Notes: a model not told the origin generated them from the sequence alone. Positions 12,701-26,978 are shown, counted from the first letter of the stretch. The stretch is 64,000 nucleotides of DNA from Kudoa neothunni (GCA_964304625.1 OZ199839.1:3888670-3952669), one strand, 5' to 3'. Numbers and translations are program-made.

Positions 12701-15304
12701 ACATTGAATAATGATGACTCAGTGATGTGATTACTCTATAGTTACACTTTCTTACACACATTCTTCTTCAGAGCCTGTTGGAACAATAAAGAGATTTGAT
12801 AGAAGTACAAAAAGAATGATCATTGTTGACTGCCCTAATGTTGTGTCGGGGTAAAACACAATTATGTTTGGGTAGACCTATCTAATATGCTGATGGCGTT
12901 ATATACACTAAACCACAAGTGCCATAAATTTTACATGAAGATATTCTTTTGGGGGGTTAAATTCGGCCATAACGAGTATTTGATTGTTATATCGCCGCAA
13001 TTCCAAAATTTGGAAAATTCGCAATGATGAATTAATGTATCTGTTGTTTTTGACACAATCCATCAGTGAACATTTGATTCATTACAAAAAATCAACAGTA
13101 GCAACAAAGCATGGGCATCTTTCCCATGATACATCTACGAACACAGAGACGGTTAGTTTTCTACTCAGAATAGAATTAACAACTTACCTGAATCAAACAT
13201 ATTTGACGTTGTCGGTTATTACCCCGAAATAGTAGACACAAAAAGCAGATGTCGATTGGGTAAAAGAAAGACAATTCGTTTGCTTTAAATTCAATACCCT
13301 AGTTACACAGTAAAGGAAAGGATTCGTTTCTATTCTTATCATGATAAATAAAATTATATAACTGCGTAAAAATTTATTTGGAATCACGATTACCGTCGGA
13401 AAGTTTTTTTTGGCAGGCGCCCAAAGGTTACTCTAGTGTCCCTGATGAAAAATATTAAAGAGTTTCATTGAAATATTCTATTCTAATTTAAAATTTTTAC
13501 GGTGGAAAAAAAGAAAGTTTTATAAAACTTAAGCTAGAATTAAAAATTTGTGGATGTATTTAAAAATAGCATATATTGAGTTATAATATATGTTTTAGGC
13601 TAGAATACATGACAACAATAACACGAGCGAATAATCTTTTTCGATCCGAAGATATTTTTCCTTTATAGCGTAAAGAATTAATGAGAAAATAAGGTTCCCA
13701 AGAATACCGCTTTAACATGTATACGATTTTCTCCATTTGAACATTATTTGATTTAACTATAATATTGAAATTTATGCGCTAAACTTTATTCAATATCCAT
13801 TTTTTTATTCATTTTAACAAAATAAGGGGTTTTAATTGAATTTGACATTAATTACATAAGTATATTATTTTACTAATTCAGGAAGCATGACGATGTGAAC
13901 TTTGAATGGAAAAAGTGTCCTCATGGTTATACATTAAATGTGTCTATTCAAAGTCGAGTATTTGATCACATTTTTTATTTATCTTTGCTAATTCTCATAA
14001 CTGTTGTGTAGAAACCAAGTGTGTTCGAAGATCTAATAGTTTTTATAGAAAAATCCCATAATGTGATTTTGTGTGTGAAAATTGAGGAGCGTGTTTACCA
14101 AGCTTATCTATTCTGTACGATATGTTCCTCCAACAAGCGACGAATTGTTTAACAAATTGTTTTGTGATAGACTGTGATGATGCGTTATCAAAGTTGGAGG
14201 TGATAGTCAACTCACCAAACACTTTTCAAATAGATCTCACCATGACAACCACAAGGTCCATTATTGATTTATTTAGTAAGGACAATCTCAGTATGAAACA
14301 CTCCTCATCGATTGAATCAAGTCCAAACTTTTTAGCCGGTAATTAACTGGATACAATTTAGAAATAAACCAAGTGTATTTAGAAAAATATTTTATAAAAG
14401 TCACGCTGGTTAGTTACAAATTGATAGCCAGAAATGTGTATCATTTTAAAATAAAATTGGACAACGATTTTTATTTCTCTGCACCTTTAGCTACTCACGT
14501 CGCGCTACGAATGCTAAGTTAGCTTATTTTTTTCTCATGTATTATCTGTGACATTTTAGATTCTAAGAAATTTAATTATTTTACTTTCGTTCCGTCCGAA
14601 TTGATTGATAATGAGAATTGTTCTATTGAATATGATAACTACATATGTCCACAACTAGATTCTATCACCAATTCCTACTGCGTACATTTCACAGTCAAAG
14701 ACTATCCAAACAGTGAAGTTACAAATCAGTTGATCACTCTTAAATCTGGGCAACAACTCGAAATGTCCACTCCCATATATGCGACTTCTTTCCAACCCAA
14801 TCAGCTGGTCAATAAAAACATAATTTACATGTGTAGTTCTGGAATCGGAATTGCTATTATGTGGCGATTGATCCTATTCATTATTAAACATCATACTCAC
14901 ACGTAAATACTTAATGTGAATATCTTGTTGGAAACTCATTTTATAGGCGAATCAAACTGCTGTGTAGCTTTCAACGAACTGAAGATATTATTTGGAAAGA
15001 TCACTTGGAAGCGTTGACGTTGTTGAAGCCGGAAATGTTAGTGATGATTTTCTAGCGTAAGCCAATATTAAATTTGTGTAGATTCTCATTCAAAATTACT
15101 CTTACCCGAGAGCCCCCCGACAGCACCTCTTGGAAGGGTTCTATCGGTAGAATTGACACAACCATGTTAAAAGAATTTATTGAAGTTGCTGATGATTCAA
15201 TCCTTTATGTATGTGGATCAAACCAATTCATTGATGACATTGCAGAACTTGCTGAAGAGTTTTTTCACAGCAAAAGTCAAATTATTGGATTCAAGGGTTA
15301 TTAA
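9741..15304 (+). CDS. CYB5R4: Cytochrome b5 reductase 4 (NCB5OR): cytochrome b5 + CS-like + FAD/NAD reductase domains
   Basis: Spliced: KSSLEWMR...EISKHNKPDDCWIILNG-GVYDVTEYLEYHPSGVDQIMRAAGKDGTSLFNH-YHSFVNYKAMLKNCYLG. After a ~3.6-kb intron the reductase part follows (FTVKDYPNSEVT, SSGIGIAIM, EDIIWKDHLE, WKGSIGRID, LYVCGSNQF). Confidence 0.88.
11512..13427 (+). mobile_element. piggyBac transposon remnant (PGBD-like transposase pseudogene) inside a CYB5R4 intron
   Basis: Fragments SPIDFFKFFF...ITDETNVY...EIQKFLGIIILMGI...YW, DQMIPFK..K.YLPKKPTK, VYFDNFFT, GTIRRTR, KKGRGS, GVDL; left end TTAA-CCC. Many stops and frameshifts; right end uncertain. Confidence 0.85.
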
Positions 15305-16559
15305 TGTTAATTTTCAAGATTTTAAATATGTACTTTTTTAACAGCTGATATCCAGCTACAAATTGTTTATTTATTTTATTTATAAATTTTTTTACCAAAA
15401 TTTAATGCTATACTGCACGAATATTTTACGCCAGATGTCATCAATGTGTCTAGGCATGTCAAAAACCTACATTGTATAAACCTCATGACGACTATTAGCA
15501 TTCCATAATAAAAAATAATAAAGGAAAGAAATATTTGTGAAATGTGTTTTACTAAAAATAGCTAAATTATTTATCAACGACTACAATTTTTGTAAAAATT
15601 TCTACGTCTTGAAGCATGCATATCATTAATATTTTTTAGTTGAAATAAAAAATTTGAGTGCCTATTTATACAGCTCAGACAATTAGGCTTATACTGTAAA
15701 TCCAGCAGTAAATACGCTAACCTTTTCAGAGCGGTAAATATTTTGGAATGTTATAAAAATGAGAGTAATTGAAGCGAACTCTACATTAATTTTACACGAG
15801 AAATGGCAACTAGGTCCTATTTTTGAGGAGGGTCTTATATTTCTGACAAAAAATCAATAATATTTACTCCTATGTGACTTCCTAAAAAGTAATGTAGATT
15901 AGGTTTATTATGGTATAAAATTGTTACTATCTTTGTAGAAAACGTAATTATTCATTATTGTTGTAACTAAACCCTATTAATCAACGTCCTGTCAAATAAT
16001 CACCACCAAGATATGCTGCAACAAAGTCAGGTTTTATTTAAAACTCTCACTAAAAATATCAATAGTAGAATTGTAAAAAATTAATTTTAATTGAAAATGT
16101 TCAAAATCAATTATTAAAAAACTATTGGCGATAATCCAATATCACTGAAGATTATTTATATATCCCGGCATACAAATTTTCCATTAGTTATTTCGGTCGC
16201 AAATAAAAGTAGCAAGAAATTTATCATATCTTTAAACACTAATATAAAGTACAAGTTAGAAAATTTAATTTATGAGTATAATGTCTAAATAATTAAATTT
16301 TAAATTTCATGGGGAATTCAATATTTTATTAACAAAACCTATCTTGATTGAAAACATCTAAAATTTGAACCACATTATGCAATGTATATCTTGATGTTTC
16401 TTTAAACCACATAATCAGGTGCAAATTGAAATAAAATCAAACAAACATTCTTTTCTGCTATCATTTATATTTATTTTTTAAATAAATAAAAAAATAGATC
16501 AAGATCAAAAATTAATTTTGATACGGAATATAGCATAAACTAAATACAACAATAGAAGG

Positions 16560-17241
16560 ATTAACTATAAATTGTGAAATTGATGAAGCAACTTTTTTTA
16601 CAGTTTTATTTCCTCATAATCTTTTATTTGCTTTTAGAAATATTTGCGTATCTAGATTTACATGGGAATAATTTTGGCAGAGGTCGTCAAGGGTATAACC
16701 AGCGTAGCTGAATAACCTCCCCATCAAATTAGAGGATTTTAGAATAAATTTTGTGTCCATAAAATGAAGAATTTCAATCGTTTTGTCCAATTTTCGTTTT
16801 TTGGAGGATTGAAAGCAAAATAATTGGATTCAATAAGTGTCTCCGTTTCTTCTATTAAAATTTATTCGGGCAATTTTAAATTGAACACAACATGTTTCCC
16901 TTCAGAAGTTAATTCATCAAAATTCTTTGAATGTATAATATTTGTATTTTTAAATGGAAATTCATGCAATATTGAATACTTTCCAGTAACTTCGCTGGGC
17001 AAATATCATGCATCTGTTATAGAAATATCATCCATTTGCGGAACCAAAGTTATTGAATGGAACTTTCTTGAATGGCAACATCTCAGGAATTTATAAATAT
17101 TCTCTAGGCGTTAATGGATAATCTTTCATACTTTTTTCACAGATAAAAGCAAGTTCAGCTAAATAGTAATACCTTTTCGCATCTGCCAACAAGTTCAGCT
17201 CTACTGGAACATTTGGTATCATTTTCCAGAACAATTCTCAT
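16560..17241 (-). pseudogene. degraded spliced coding sequence of unknown family
   Basis: Higher-GC, protein-like minus-strand frames (MIPNVPVELNLLADAKR | GT..AG intron | ...YSILHEFPFKNTNIIHSKNFDELTSEGKHVVFNLKLP) interrupted by several stops; no family recognised. Confidence 0.3.
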
Positions 17242-17344
17242 ATATGTAAATGCCCTCATAATAGAATAGAAAAGTTTCGATTCAGATTATATTTTATTAA
17301 ATTTTTTTTCGTATAAGGTCATAATTGCAATTAATTACGGTTAA

Positions 17345-18483
17345 CCCTCTAATGAATGGTATATCTTTTAATACAGTAAATCAATACCTAATAGATTCCC
17401 GTTATTCTTCTAATAAAATTTTATTTTTGTTTGATGTAAAAATTTTTGAGTAAAATTATCGTATAAGTTTTAATTTTTATTTTAGCTTGTTAAATGGTCT
17501 TCGGGGGAAAATTTACCCCATGTTTTTTTTGATTAAAAATATTCAAAAAAATGTAGACAATTTCTAACTTGGATAAAATAAAACTCTCATGAGTAGTTTT
17601 TGTAGAAAGTAGGCAAATGTTAGGTAAATTAATTAAATCGCGTGCGCGAATTATATATTATATGAAGATGTGTGATTCTAATGATTTTATTGATGAATTT
17701 TGTTTATCAGAGGATAAGCATCGTGTTGTTGACGGAAATGTCCTCTTATTGATGTTTCTTTCTGAAAAAGTGTTGGAAAAAATTGGCCATAAAAACATTA
17801 CGTTAAAAACTATAGATACCACCGTGCCTCCAATCATCACCAAATGGAGCCCCCTGCGGCAGCATCTTTTATTTCGTGAAAAGTATATGTAGGTATCGTA
17901 TGTTCCCAATAAATCAAAATGCGTGATTTTCTTAAAGAAATCGTTGAACAATTAAATAAAACATTGTGACAACAAATTCCACAAACAAAGCAATAAAAAC
18001 AGGCCTCAGCATTGTTTATACATCCCAACAGGAACCTCTTCTTAATGCAAAGCGAGAAACATGTGGATACAGTGAGAGGAAAAATGAAAAATCTCGAATG
18101 GAGCGAATATCGTTATAAATTTTATTGTCCATTTCACTCATTAATAAACTGTTTTAACTTCTCGTAACTTTCAAGAATTTTTCTTATGTTTTGTTTTAAT
18201 ATTTCCACTGGCGCAACACGTTTGGTTCCGCTACATTAACGCAATTACTTTTTTAATGAACATCGATGTGTACCGAAACAAGACGGATCTTAAACGAAGC
18301 CAATTATCACGTGGATTACGTCATAATTTAATATGTATTTGCCAGTGTTCCATTCAAAGGAATTAAAAATTATTCTACAGTATTGATTATTTGATTTTTC
18401 AAAGTGTCATAATTCAAAAAAAATGTGGGGTAAAATTTACCCCAAAGTCCATTACGTTCATCGTTTTTAGGATCATTAGAGGA
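17345..18483 (+). mobile_element. piggyBac-derived non-autonomous element
   Basis: TTAA-CCCTCTAATGA ... TCATTAGAGGA-TCAA termini; inverted subterminal repeats (GGGG-AAAATTTACCCC at ~17503 and ~18427); remnant RDFLKEIVEQL similar to the piggyBac C-terminal region. Confidence 0.6.
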
Positions 18484-18699
18484 TCAATTTCGCCAATTAC
18501 AATTAATTTTTGACAACCCCTAGATCTGGGCTATTTCTACGGTCCAATTTAATTTTAAATGCTGTATACACATGCGCGGCGACTGTTTTTAATCTTAGCA
18601 ATTTCTGTTATCCAGTATATTTACATAATTTTTTAGAATCATATATACAATTATTTGTTTCTCGTAGAAATTTAGTGTCGACCCAGAAATAATTAAATA

Positions 18700-20158
18700 C
18701 ACTCGAACCTGGATATTGCGTAATTTTGGGGAATGGAAACAAATTACGCAATGGGGATATTTTACACAATACAGGGTATTAGCGCAAACGCGTCACGTAT
18801 AAAAAACGAAAAATTCTTCGGGTTTAAAATAACCGGTAATTTCAATTTGTTTGCAACGATTTTTGATTGTTTCAGATATAAACTCCGTAATTGGGGGTGT
18901 TTTGAAAATAACGCTGATGAGTTTTCTAACATAAAAGTTTTATGATTAAATTAATTGAATATTTAAGTTCCACAGTTGACACAAGCGTTTTATCTTCTAC
19001 AAAGTTTGGATCGAAATTTTATTTAAATTTATCAACTGCATACACTTCAGGTAAAACTATTGATTACTCATGTATTTTTCCCTCTTCTTCAATATTGTTA
19101 ATTTCGTCATATTTTTTTATCTAAAAATTAAAGTTGATAAACAATTAAATAGTGTGACGAAATTTTCAACATTATTTTTAGAAAAATCTTGATTTAAGTT
19201 TTCATTATCTAATAATGTTTAATTTAATACATTGAATAATCAAATACAATATTCAAAAAGTCTAGATTCTCTTAAGCAATTTTGAATGATAGTCGATGAT
19301 ACTTTTTCCGATGAATGTTTTAAGTTTAATAAAACAAAAATGGCATACTTACATAAATTTGAATTAACCGTATTTATTATGTTGCACTCTTCGTATCCTG
19401 GTGAAATTTCTGTGAACTTTATCGAAAAAATTAATCACAATTTGACTATTCACATTATTGGTTTCACCATCAAATTTTTTATAATTGATTCCAAGTCTAT
19501 GTTTAAATCCCACGAACCAACCGTTATTACCGCTGAATTTGTCTATGCTTATGGATTTAGTGTTATTTTTGTCTTTTCCACAATTATATAAGCAGGAACA
19601 ATCTTTTTCTCATTTCGCATCTTAATTATCCAAGTAAAGAATAAATTATCTAACTCCCCGCACTTGTCTTCTTTTATTCTTTTTTTACGAAACGGAAACA
19701 GTAAAATTAATAATATCATATTCAGAAGCTAAAATTCTATTAATTGTAAAGTGCCTTGAAAATATATTATATTGTGATTAGATAATTTTATATTAAAGAT
19801 AAAGATGGCTTAGGATGTTAAAAAGTCATTGCTTTTTCTCCTTTGAGTGATTTAATCGAATTATAATATTCCATAATTTCAATTTTTTCAACCACCATTC
19901 GCTGATTCCTTATCATCTTCGTAGAATTCGAAAAAAAGATTACTTGAGGATGAAACCGAACAAAATGTTACGCAGTAGCGAGATCTTAGTCCTTGCGCGA
20001 TATTTTAAATTTATACTTATTTAGTAAAATATTTTCATCTTTGTTCGCTCCGTTAACATTAATTTAAATAATATAAAAGCAAAGTTTAAGTAAAAAAATA
20101 AAAATATCTTTTATATTTCAATAAACTTGTGAAATTACGCAATATCCAAGTTCGACTG
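18700..20158 (-). mobile_element. internally deleted pogo/Tigger element, same TIR family as 5016-6830
   Basis: TA-flanked 26-bp TIRs CA(C/G)TCGAAC(C/T)TGGATATTGCGTAATT. The minus strand keeps DNA-binding-domain fragments (EKIEIMEYYNSIKSLK; LDNLFFTWII; GNNGWFVGFKHRLGINYKKFDGE) and the C-terminus (IIQNCLRES; LKQSKI) but lacks the DDE core. Confidence 0.85.
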
Positions 20159-20511
20159 TACAGCCAAAATTAGTGACACCTGAATATCATTGATCACGCT
20201 AATAGCCATTTACTTTTGGAAATATCCATGTTCATGTGAAAAGACGCATGCGAACACAAGAATTTGTCATTACTGTTAAAAGCATTACATGCAAGCATAA
20301 AAAATATCTCTCCTTAAAATTACTCTAATACAATGCGCTCAACTCTTAATTTGAAAATTAGTTACGAATTCAAGGTAGGGTAACACTGAAAAATAAAGAA
20401 AGAATAAATGCACGATTCTATTTACCATCAATTATCTACCACAACTGCGATGGATGAAATTGGCGTAAAGGAAATTTTTAAATAAAAAAAGGAACAAACC
20501 AAATATGACAA

Positions 20512-22230
20512 TTAGCCGAAAAATTTCCCGCCATTAATGTTAACTTTATGGGCTTTAGTAGGGGTGCCGGCGGTTGCGTTTTTTCGAATAATACGATTGA
20601 AATACTATAGGAGCTAGATTAAAAGCTAATTAGAGAAGAAATCGTTTTACTTTCTTCGTATCTTCGGCTTTCCTGGATCGCAAAAATGAGGCGGACTTGT
20701 TTTTACTTAGAACAGCCACTGGACGTATTTTATATTCGCGACCAGATGGTTGAGGTGCACGAGCTCTCATAACAAAATTTGGATCACCTGGTTTTGGGCG
20801 CCTACAAATAAAATCTATCACCACAAACCAATTACCAAAAAACTTACAACTCGGGATCCACATCATCCTCAATGTTACTTTTGAATGATCTTCACGAAAT
20901 AATATGTCACAAAACTAACAACCACAAATCGGCTACTTCGACAGAGTTCCCTTACGGAGATCATCGATGTTTACTTCTACGCGCTTAATACTGTTTTTGT
21001 ACGATTCGTGGGTTTCGTCCAAACCATAGATGGGACGAATCCATTTGTCTATTTATTCAATACCACATTTACAATTGCAATCAAAAGAAAAGAAAATAAA
21101 ATCCAATAATCCATCACAAAGGTTATTTTTACCAATAAGATCTTGGGCAATTTTTTTATTTTTTCGGATTTCTTTGGGATGTCTACTTAACATGGTCATT
21201 ATCTTTCCAAGACCAGAAACTTTTAAATCATCTACTGAGGGTATAGGTAGCTACAATAAATTTTATGAGGTTATTGCTTTATTTTGCAAATCGATTAATC
21301 ATAATAACTACTTCTTGAATCAAATTCAAAATCTTTGACCTTATGTTTAACATTGGAAGATCGCCACTAGGCAACACTTGTAACCAAGCCTAATTTAAAA
21401 TATGCGTGTACATTGTACGAATTAAAATAACATGAAATAAGTACTGCAAACGCCTCAAATATCCCATGTTCAACGAGTGACTCAGCCAATTCTGGTCTAT
21501 ACAATTTAATGATGCTCCAACAATCATCATCAATGCTAATCACCTCAATAACTCAATCGATATTTTGGGTAGAATATTTAATTTCCCAAAACAAGCTTTG
21601 CGTTCTGCATTCATCTTACGATCATGCTTTTAAATGCAATCAGTATAAAACTTGATACAGTCTAAACTACTTCTGCAGCTTCCATCATCATATTCACTAT
21701 GTGACCCGCATATTTATCGCGATTATCAAGGATATTTGAATTCTATAACAGTTAAATGAAAACAACAGACACAACTAAGTACTCTCTTTCGCTGTTGTCT
21801 TCTGTAACGCTTGTTTCTACTTAGTAGATAATCAATATCGTCTATTTTGGAGTCGTTTTTGTTTCTACGTAGTTCATGTTACTACAGGAGAAGAGAGATA
21901 GAAAATACTGGGTCGAAGGAGTCGCTCTTTTTATTAAATCGCTGTTTGTCTCCTCCTCATTTTCGCTCTCTCCAACCTTGTACTCATCTTACAAAAGTAT
22001 AAACTGACTGTCTACATTTAAAGATTACCATCAGATACAACGTCAATTATATCTTCTTCCTCGCTTTCACCAAATATATCATTTATTTCGTTCTGAATTG
22101 CTGCAGAATCGTCAGCAACATTTTCTGGTTCATTCTCCAATGATGTTGTTGGTCTCTGTTCAACTTCAGACTCGGTAGAATTAACTGATTGCTGTTGTTC
22201 AATATCCTGTTTTTGTAATTCCTTGTCCAT
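20512..22230 (-). CDS. IWS1: IWS1/Spn1 transcription elongation factor, multi-exon
   Basis: Acidic N-terminus (NDIFGESEEE); spliced TFIIS-N domain MMEAAE-HDRKMNAERK..GKL; AWLQVLPSGDLPMLNIR; LKVSGLGKIMTMLSRHPKE; KWIRPIYG; PGDPNFVMRARAPQPSGREYKIRP; C-terminus AHKVNINGGKFFG*. Confidence 0.92.
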
Positions 22231-22664
22231 ATGTACTCTCCTCTGGTTTTATAAATGGGCAACCCTACTCCCAAAACAATCTTCGCTAGGTGTTTTTGTC
22301 ACTACGAACATTGGCGAACATTTACAATTAAAATTTGAATGAATCTTTGTGTGAGTTTGACTTGCTGTTGATTAGATTATTTATTAAAATTAGATTTTTA
22401 ACGTTTATATTCGTACAAATATTAAAATATGTTTGCATATTCCTGCTTTATAATAGGACGCTTATATTTGTTCTATAATCGTTCATACTTGGGTAATTTA
22501 GAGTATATGTTTTAAATCTCTTTAGATCTATTATTTTATGTTCGAATTAATTAAGTTTAGACGATTCGGGGACGAAAAATTTTGGTAGACCTTCTACCAA
22601 TTAAATCCAGTAGAATTAAAATTTTGATCGCGCGAGAATATGTAACCATTGAGGTTAATTTATT

Positions 22665-24807
22665 GGCAGTGTCTATTGGCCCGAACAAATTGATTTATTT
22701 AATTTTCGAGCTTTTCATTATAGTAAATCTGTGTTGTCTGATATAAAAAAACTTGCAAGTGCTTACTTAATTTTTTTATCGAGTTATATCGGTTAAAAAT
22801 ATTCTGTATTATGTAATATGGTTTCGACTAAATGGACCGTAAAAAGTCTTTTTATTGAGTTTATGAGTTATTTATTTATTCAAATGAACATTTTTAGTTC
22901 TGATTTAATTTTTAACTATCTATGTAACTAAAATTTTTATTTTAATAGTTTTAATTTTATTGTAACGTGCGTTGATTTGATTGTAATCATCCCCTAATGT
23001 TGTAATACAAAATTATTGTAAAAAAATGTAGGATTTTTCACCAGACCAAAAACACAAAGTATACAGTTGTTGTATTTAAAGATATTTGGTTATAGCAAAA
23101 GAAAAATTTTGATTTTACTCCTACGCGCGTGTTTACGAAATGGGATTGCCTGAACTTAATACGATTTTTCAAACCGGAAATACTTTTAGCATTTTTGGTG
23201 AGTTAAAGTTGAAAATAGAGTAATATGAACAAAACTCCATGGGTAGTTTATCTATATATGACTCTTAAGCCATCAAAAGAACTTAGAAACGATGTAATAA
23301 AACGTTAAATCCAATACTTTAATTTTATCATACAAAATACTGCTAGGTTCATCGCGACAAAAACTTAATTTCTTCAAAAATTTAAATAAATTTTATATAT
23401 GCATTAAAATTAGAAAACAAACAGTCGTTATTTTAGAGAAAACGATCTGTTGGTAAAAGAAATTCGTATTAAAATCCTTTGACTTATCACATAACCATGA
23501 TTCTATGAACTTTCCATCACAATTTTTGCATTGTAGAAATGAAATTTCAAAGGATGAAAGTGATCTTATCGCTCAATTTGTTTAAGTTGACGGAAATTCC
23601 AAAGTAATCCAAGAAAAAATATTACGAGAAAGGGGAATTTTGTTTCATTGAATAAAGTGTCTAACATGAAGCACTCTTGTAAATCACATACAAAGAGCCT
23701 GTAATTTTAAAAAAATTCAAATAAAAAAGGATGATGTTTAGAGATATGGGAAATCAACAATGAGACTATAGGCTGCGACATATGTCTTCAACCGAGCTAT
23801 TTTAAATGCCAACATATTAAACTGAACCCGTCATCAAAATATTAGAGTTGTATGAATTGTAAAACAGAAGAATGATAGTAAGAGAAATTGTGATAAAAAA
23901 GCTTTCGTTTTAATTCATATGCTATTTAAATATATCTTATACCATTATGAATAGGTATTTTACCCATCCATAAGATGGTATTTATGTTACAATAATTTAA
24001 AAGGATTTTTTTATCAAATATATTCAATCAATTTTACAAAATTCATATAGTCATGCAGTAGAATTCATGAGAACATCTGTGTGATACACGGCTTGGTGAA
24101 AAAAAGTCAAAGTCCAACATTTTTTGAATAAAATCACTAATAAAAAGTTATATATTTAAACGTTGAAAATAATCTTCCAAATATGAATAAAATTGTTATA
24201 GTGGATAATAACAACTATATATTTTAATTGAGCCCATTAAATTTCAACTAGTCTCGTCAAAATTCAGTTTGTATGCAAAGTCTAAATAAGGGAGTATGCG
24301 AAATGTCCTGGTTAGGTGACATTAAATTAGGTATAAATCAATAAATTGGATTCATTTTCAAATATAAAAACCATATTCACAACATATATTTAAATTGAAT
24401 GATATACCGATATTATAAAAAATATTTAAAATAGCAAATAACACAATTACAACAGTGAATTCATTTAAAACTATGAATATAACACGGATATATCATATCA
24501 GAAAATTATTATTGCACAATACGTGGAACGAATAAATTTCTTACTGATGAAAAATCATAAAAACATTTCATTCAAATGTTAAACAAGTTTATGAAGAAAA
24601 TAGAGCATTTACAGCGATAAATTACAATAATGATGAGGATGGGTCTTTCCAAAGTAACGCCTTATATCACAGATTCCTGGGGACAAAATTCTTTTGTTTT
24701 TTTCACATTAATATATAATCCATTTCAATAATTTTTTGACTCATTAAAATTTAAAAAGAATCCCCTAAATAAGTAAAAACAATTTGTTCGTGCCAATAGA
24801 CACTTCC
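22665..24807 (+). mobile_element. Mutator/MULE non-autonomous element with decayed ZSWIM3/FAR1-like N-terminal coding remnant
   Basis: ~31-bp TIR GG(C/A)AGTGTCTATTGGC(C/A)CGAACAAATTG; perfect 9-bp TSD TAATTTATT (22656-22664 and 24808-24816); internal remnants F..FGELKLKIE*YE, DLSHNH, KVIQEKILRERG. Confidence 0.88.
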
Positions 24808-26978
24808 TAATTTATTAGGTTTAACAAGAAAAGCGTTAAAGATTAACTACTATCTTTAGTTTTCTAACATTTTAACTATTAATAGTTTATTATGATTCTT
24901 AGAAGCTTATTAAACCAACTTTTTTCTTTTAGATGTTAAAAATTAAATAGAAAGAATATTCAAGTATTAGAAAAGTGTATGTATGAACCTGACGAATTTA
25001 CATAGAATTACGCATTTATTTTCTCGGAATATGGTTTGTTCAATTCAATTGTAATCGCTGATTTGTTTATAAGGGTGCATGATGGTGAGCTAAAATCTAA
25101 GCTTTTGATTAACCCCCTGATCATATTTGAACCTTTAAGATCTCATCAAAGTATAATTTTATCATAATTTATCTTCTAGACAGTAAATCTCTGTTTAAAT
25201 TTAATCCATTAATAATCCTTGATATTTCGAATATTTTTCGAATAAACGAATTATTGTGCAGCGACGTTGCATCAGATACTTTTTTCACGTACATTCATTT
25301 GACATTTTTTTGGCATTACACTACATCTACACAGTGTTGATGGGCGTTAAATGAAGGTCCACTTTATTAGTAGGTACGAGTTAGATTTAAGTTGATACGT
25401 TAAGATCATCATCTCACCCATAATTTCAATATGCGTGTGTTAAACAATTTGGGAAACGCTAAATTTGTGCCATCAAAGTATGTGTTTTTAAAGATGATTG
25501 TTTTCTATTTTTCCTACGTCATTATCGTCTTTCAGTTATTGATAAACAGATGACTGTTTCATTAATTGGATTTGGAATTATTTGTTTATTTATATCATCT
25601 TAGTTTTACAATTAACCTCTTTAAGTATATGGGGTCGTCTTATATACGCTATATATTCCTGGTTTCTTTTTAAACAATAATTGTTTCAAAATATATTATT
25701 TAAAGTTAGCTTAGTTATGTAACGATTATATTAGCTATAAAAAATTTTATCGCCCATATTCCAAGTAAGTTATTCGTGAGAGGTCGTTCGAGTCGAAAAT
25801 GGGGGAAATTTTTTATTATTAAATATACTTCTATTTCAGTTTAATATATGAGTAGAAAAAGCATTTTTTGTAAATAAGTTAAAAAGAGAAATTTGGCGCA
25901 TTTTGAATATGTCAATGTCATATTTTTTACAAAATCACCTTTGAGGTAGTACCCCACCCAAGGTGCTTCTAAATCGTTTAAACATTGGTTTACATTCAAA
26001 ACACTAACTATATTAAGTACGATGAAACTAAGTAGATCAATTAGTGTTCTAACCCAAGTTAAAAAATTGTTCCAGGTGACAAAATCTTCATCTTACTAAT
26101 TTGAGAATCGAACCGTATAAAACAGCTTATTATAGCCAAAATTTATTAGTCAAATTTTCTATCAACAATTATTTAAATATTTTTGTGATGACATTATCCC
26201 TATTTTTTATTGGTGATTAATTCTAAATACTAATTCCTAGATTTTTCATTAAATACTAATATTATTTTAAAAAAAAGAGTCTTTTTATTTGCAAATAAAT
26301 TATTCGATTTACACCATTATTTATTATAAAATTTTACTTTCCAGAAAAAACATATAACTTAGTAATATATCTCAAAATGAAATAAATTCTTAAAATATTT
26401 TAAAGTATTTCTTATATTAACTCAAAAAAATATCAGTTTAATTTTTTTAACGTCTAAAATAAACTTTTTTGGTTTCGTTACTCAATTAATTTTATTTTTT
26501 TTACTTTAAGTGAAATGTAACTCGCTTTCAAATAATATATAAACTAAAACTTTACATGCAAAATTCTGTCATATGCTTGTATAAATGTTTTAGTTTAGAT
26601 TTATGATTAAAACAAAAAACTCCTAAAACTCAATATTAGGCGCAGGCGCTAAACCTCACGTCTGATGTTGATCACAAAGATATCAAATATACGGAGCATT
26701 AATAGATTATTTAATTCTTAATTTCTACTTTGGAATATGAAATAATTATAAACATTTAATTTATTATTAGTTCAATTTCTTGTATTTTATTTATATCCTG
26801 TTGCTCGTGAATGCAGGCAGCTCTTTTGGTTGTTCACGTAATTTTTGTAAAAAAGTCAGGGACTTCAGTAGTATTGTTTTCCTGCCAAACATTAAATCTG
26901 TTTTATAATTCCTTGTTTGAAAATGGATTCAGGTGTTAAAATGATTCCAAGGCGATAGTTTTAAAAAAATTAATCATT

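Noticed and set aside
16560-17100. In-frame stops as evidence of stop-codon reassignment
   Set aside because: Intact genes end normally with TAA or TGA and their long exons lack in-frame stops; such stops are confined to decayed sequence, apart from one TAG in an error-rich FAM91A1 exon.
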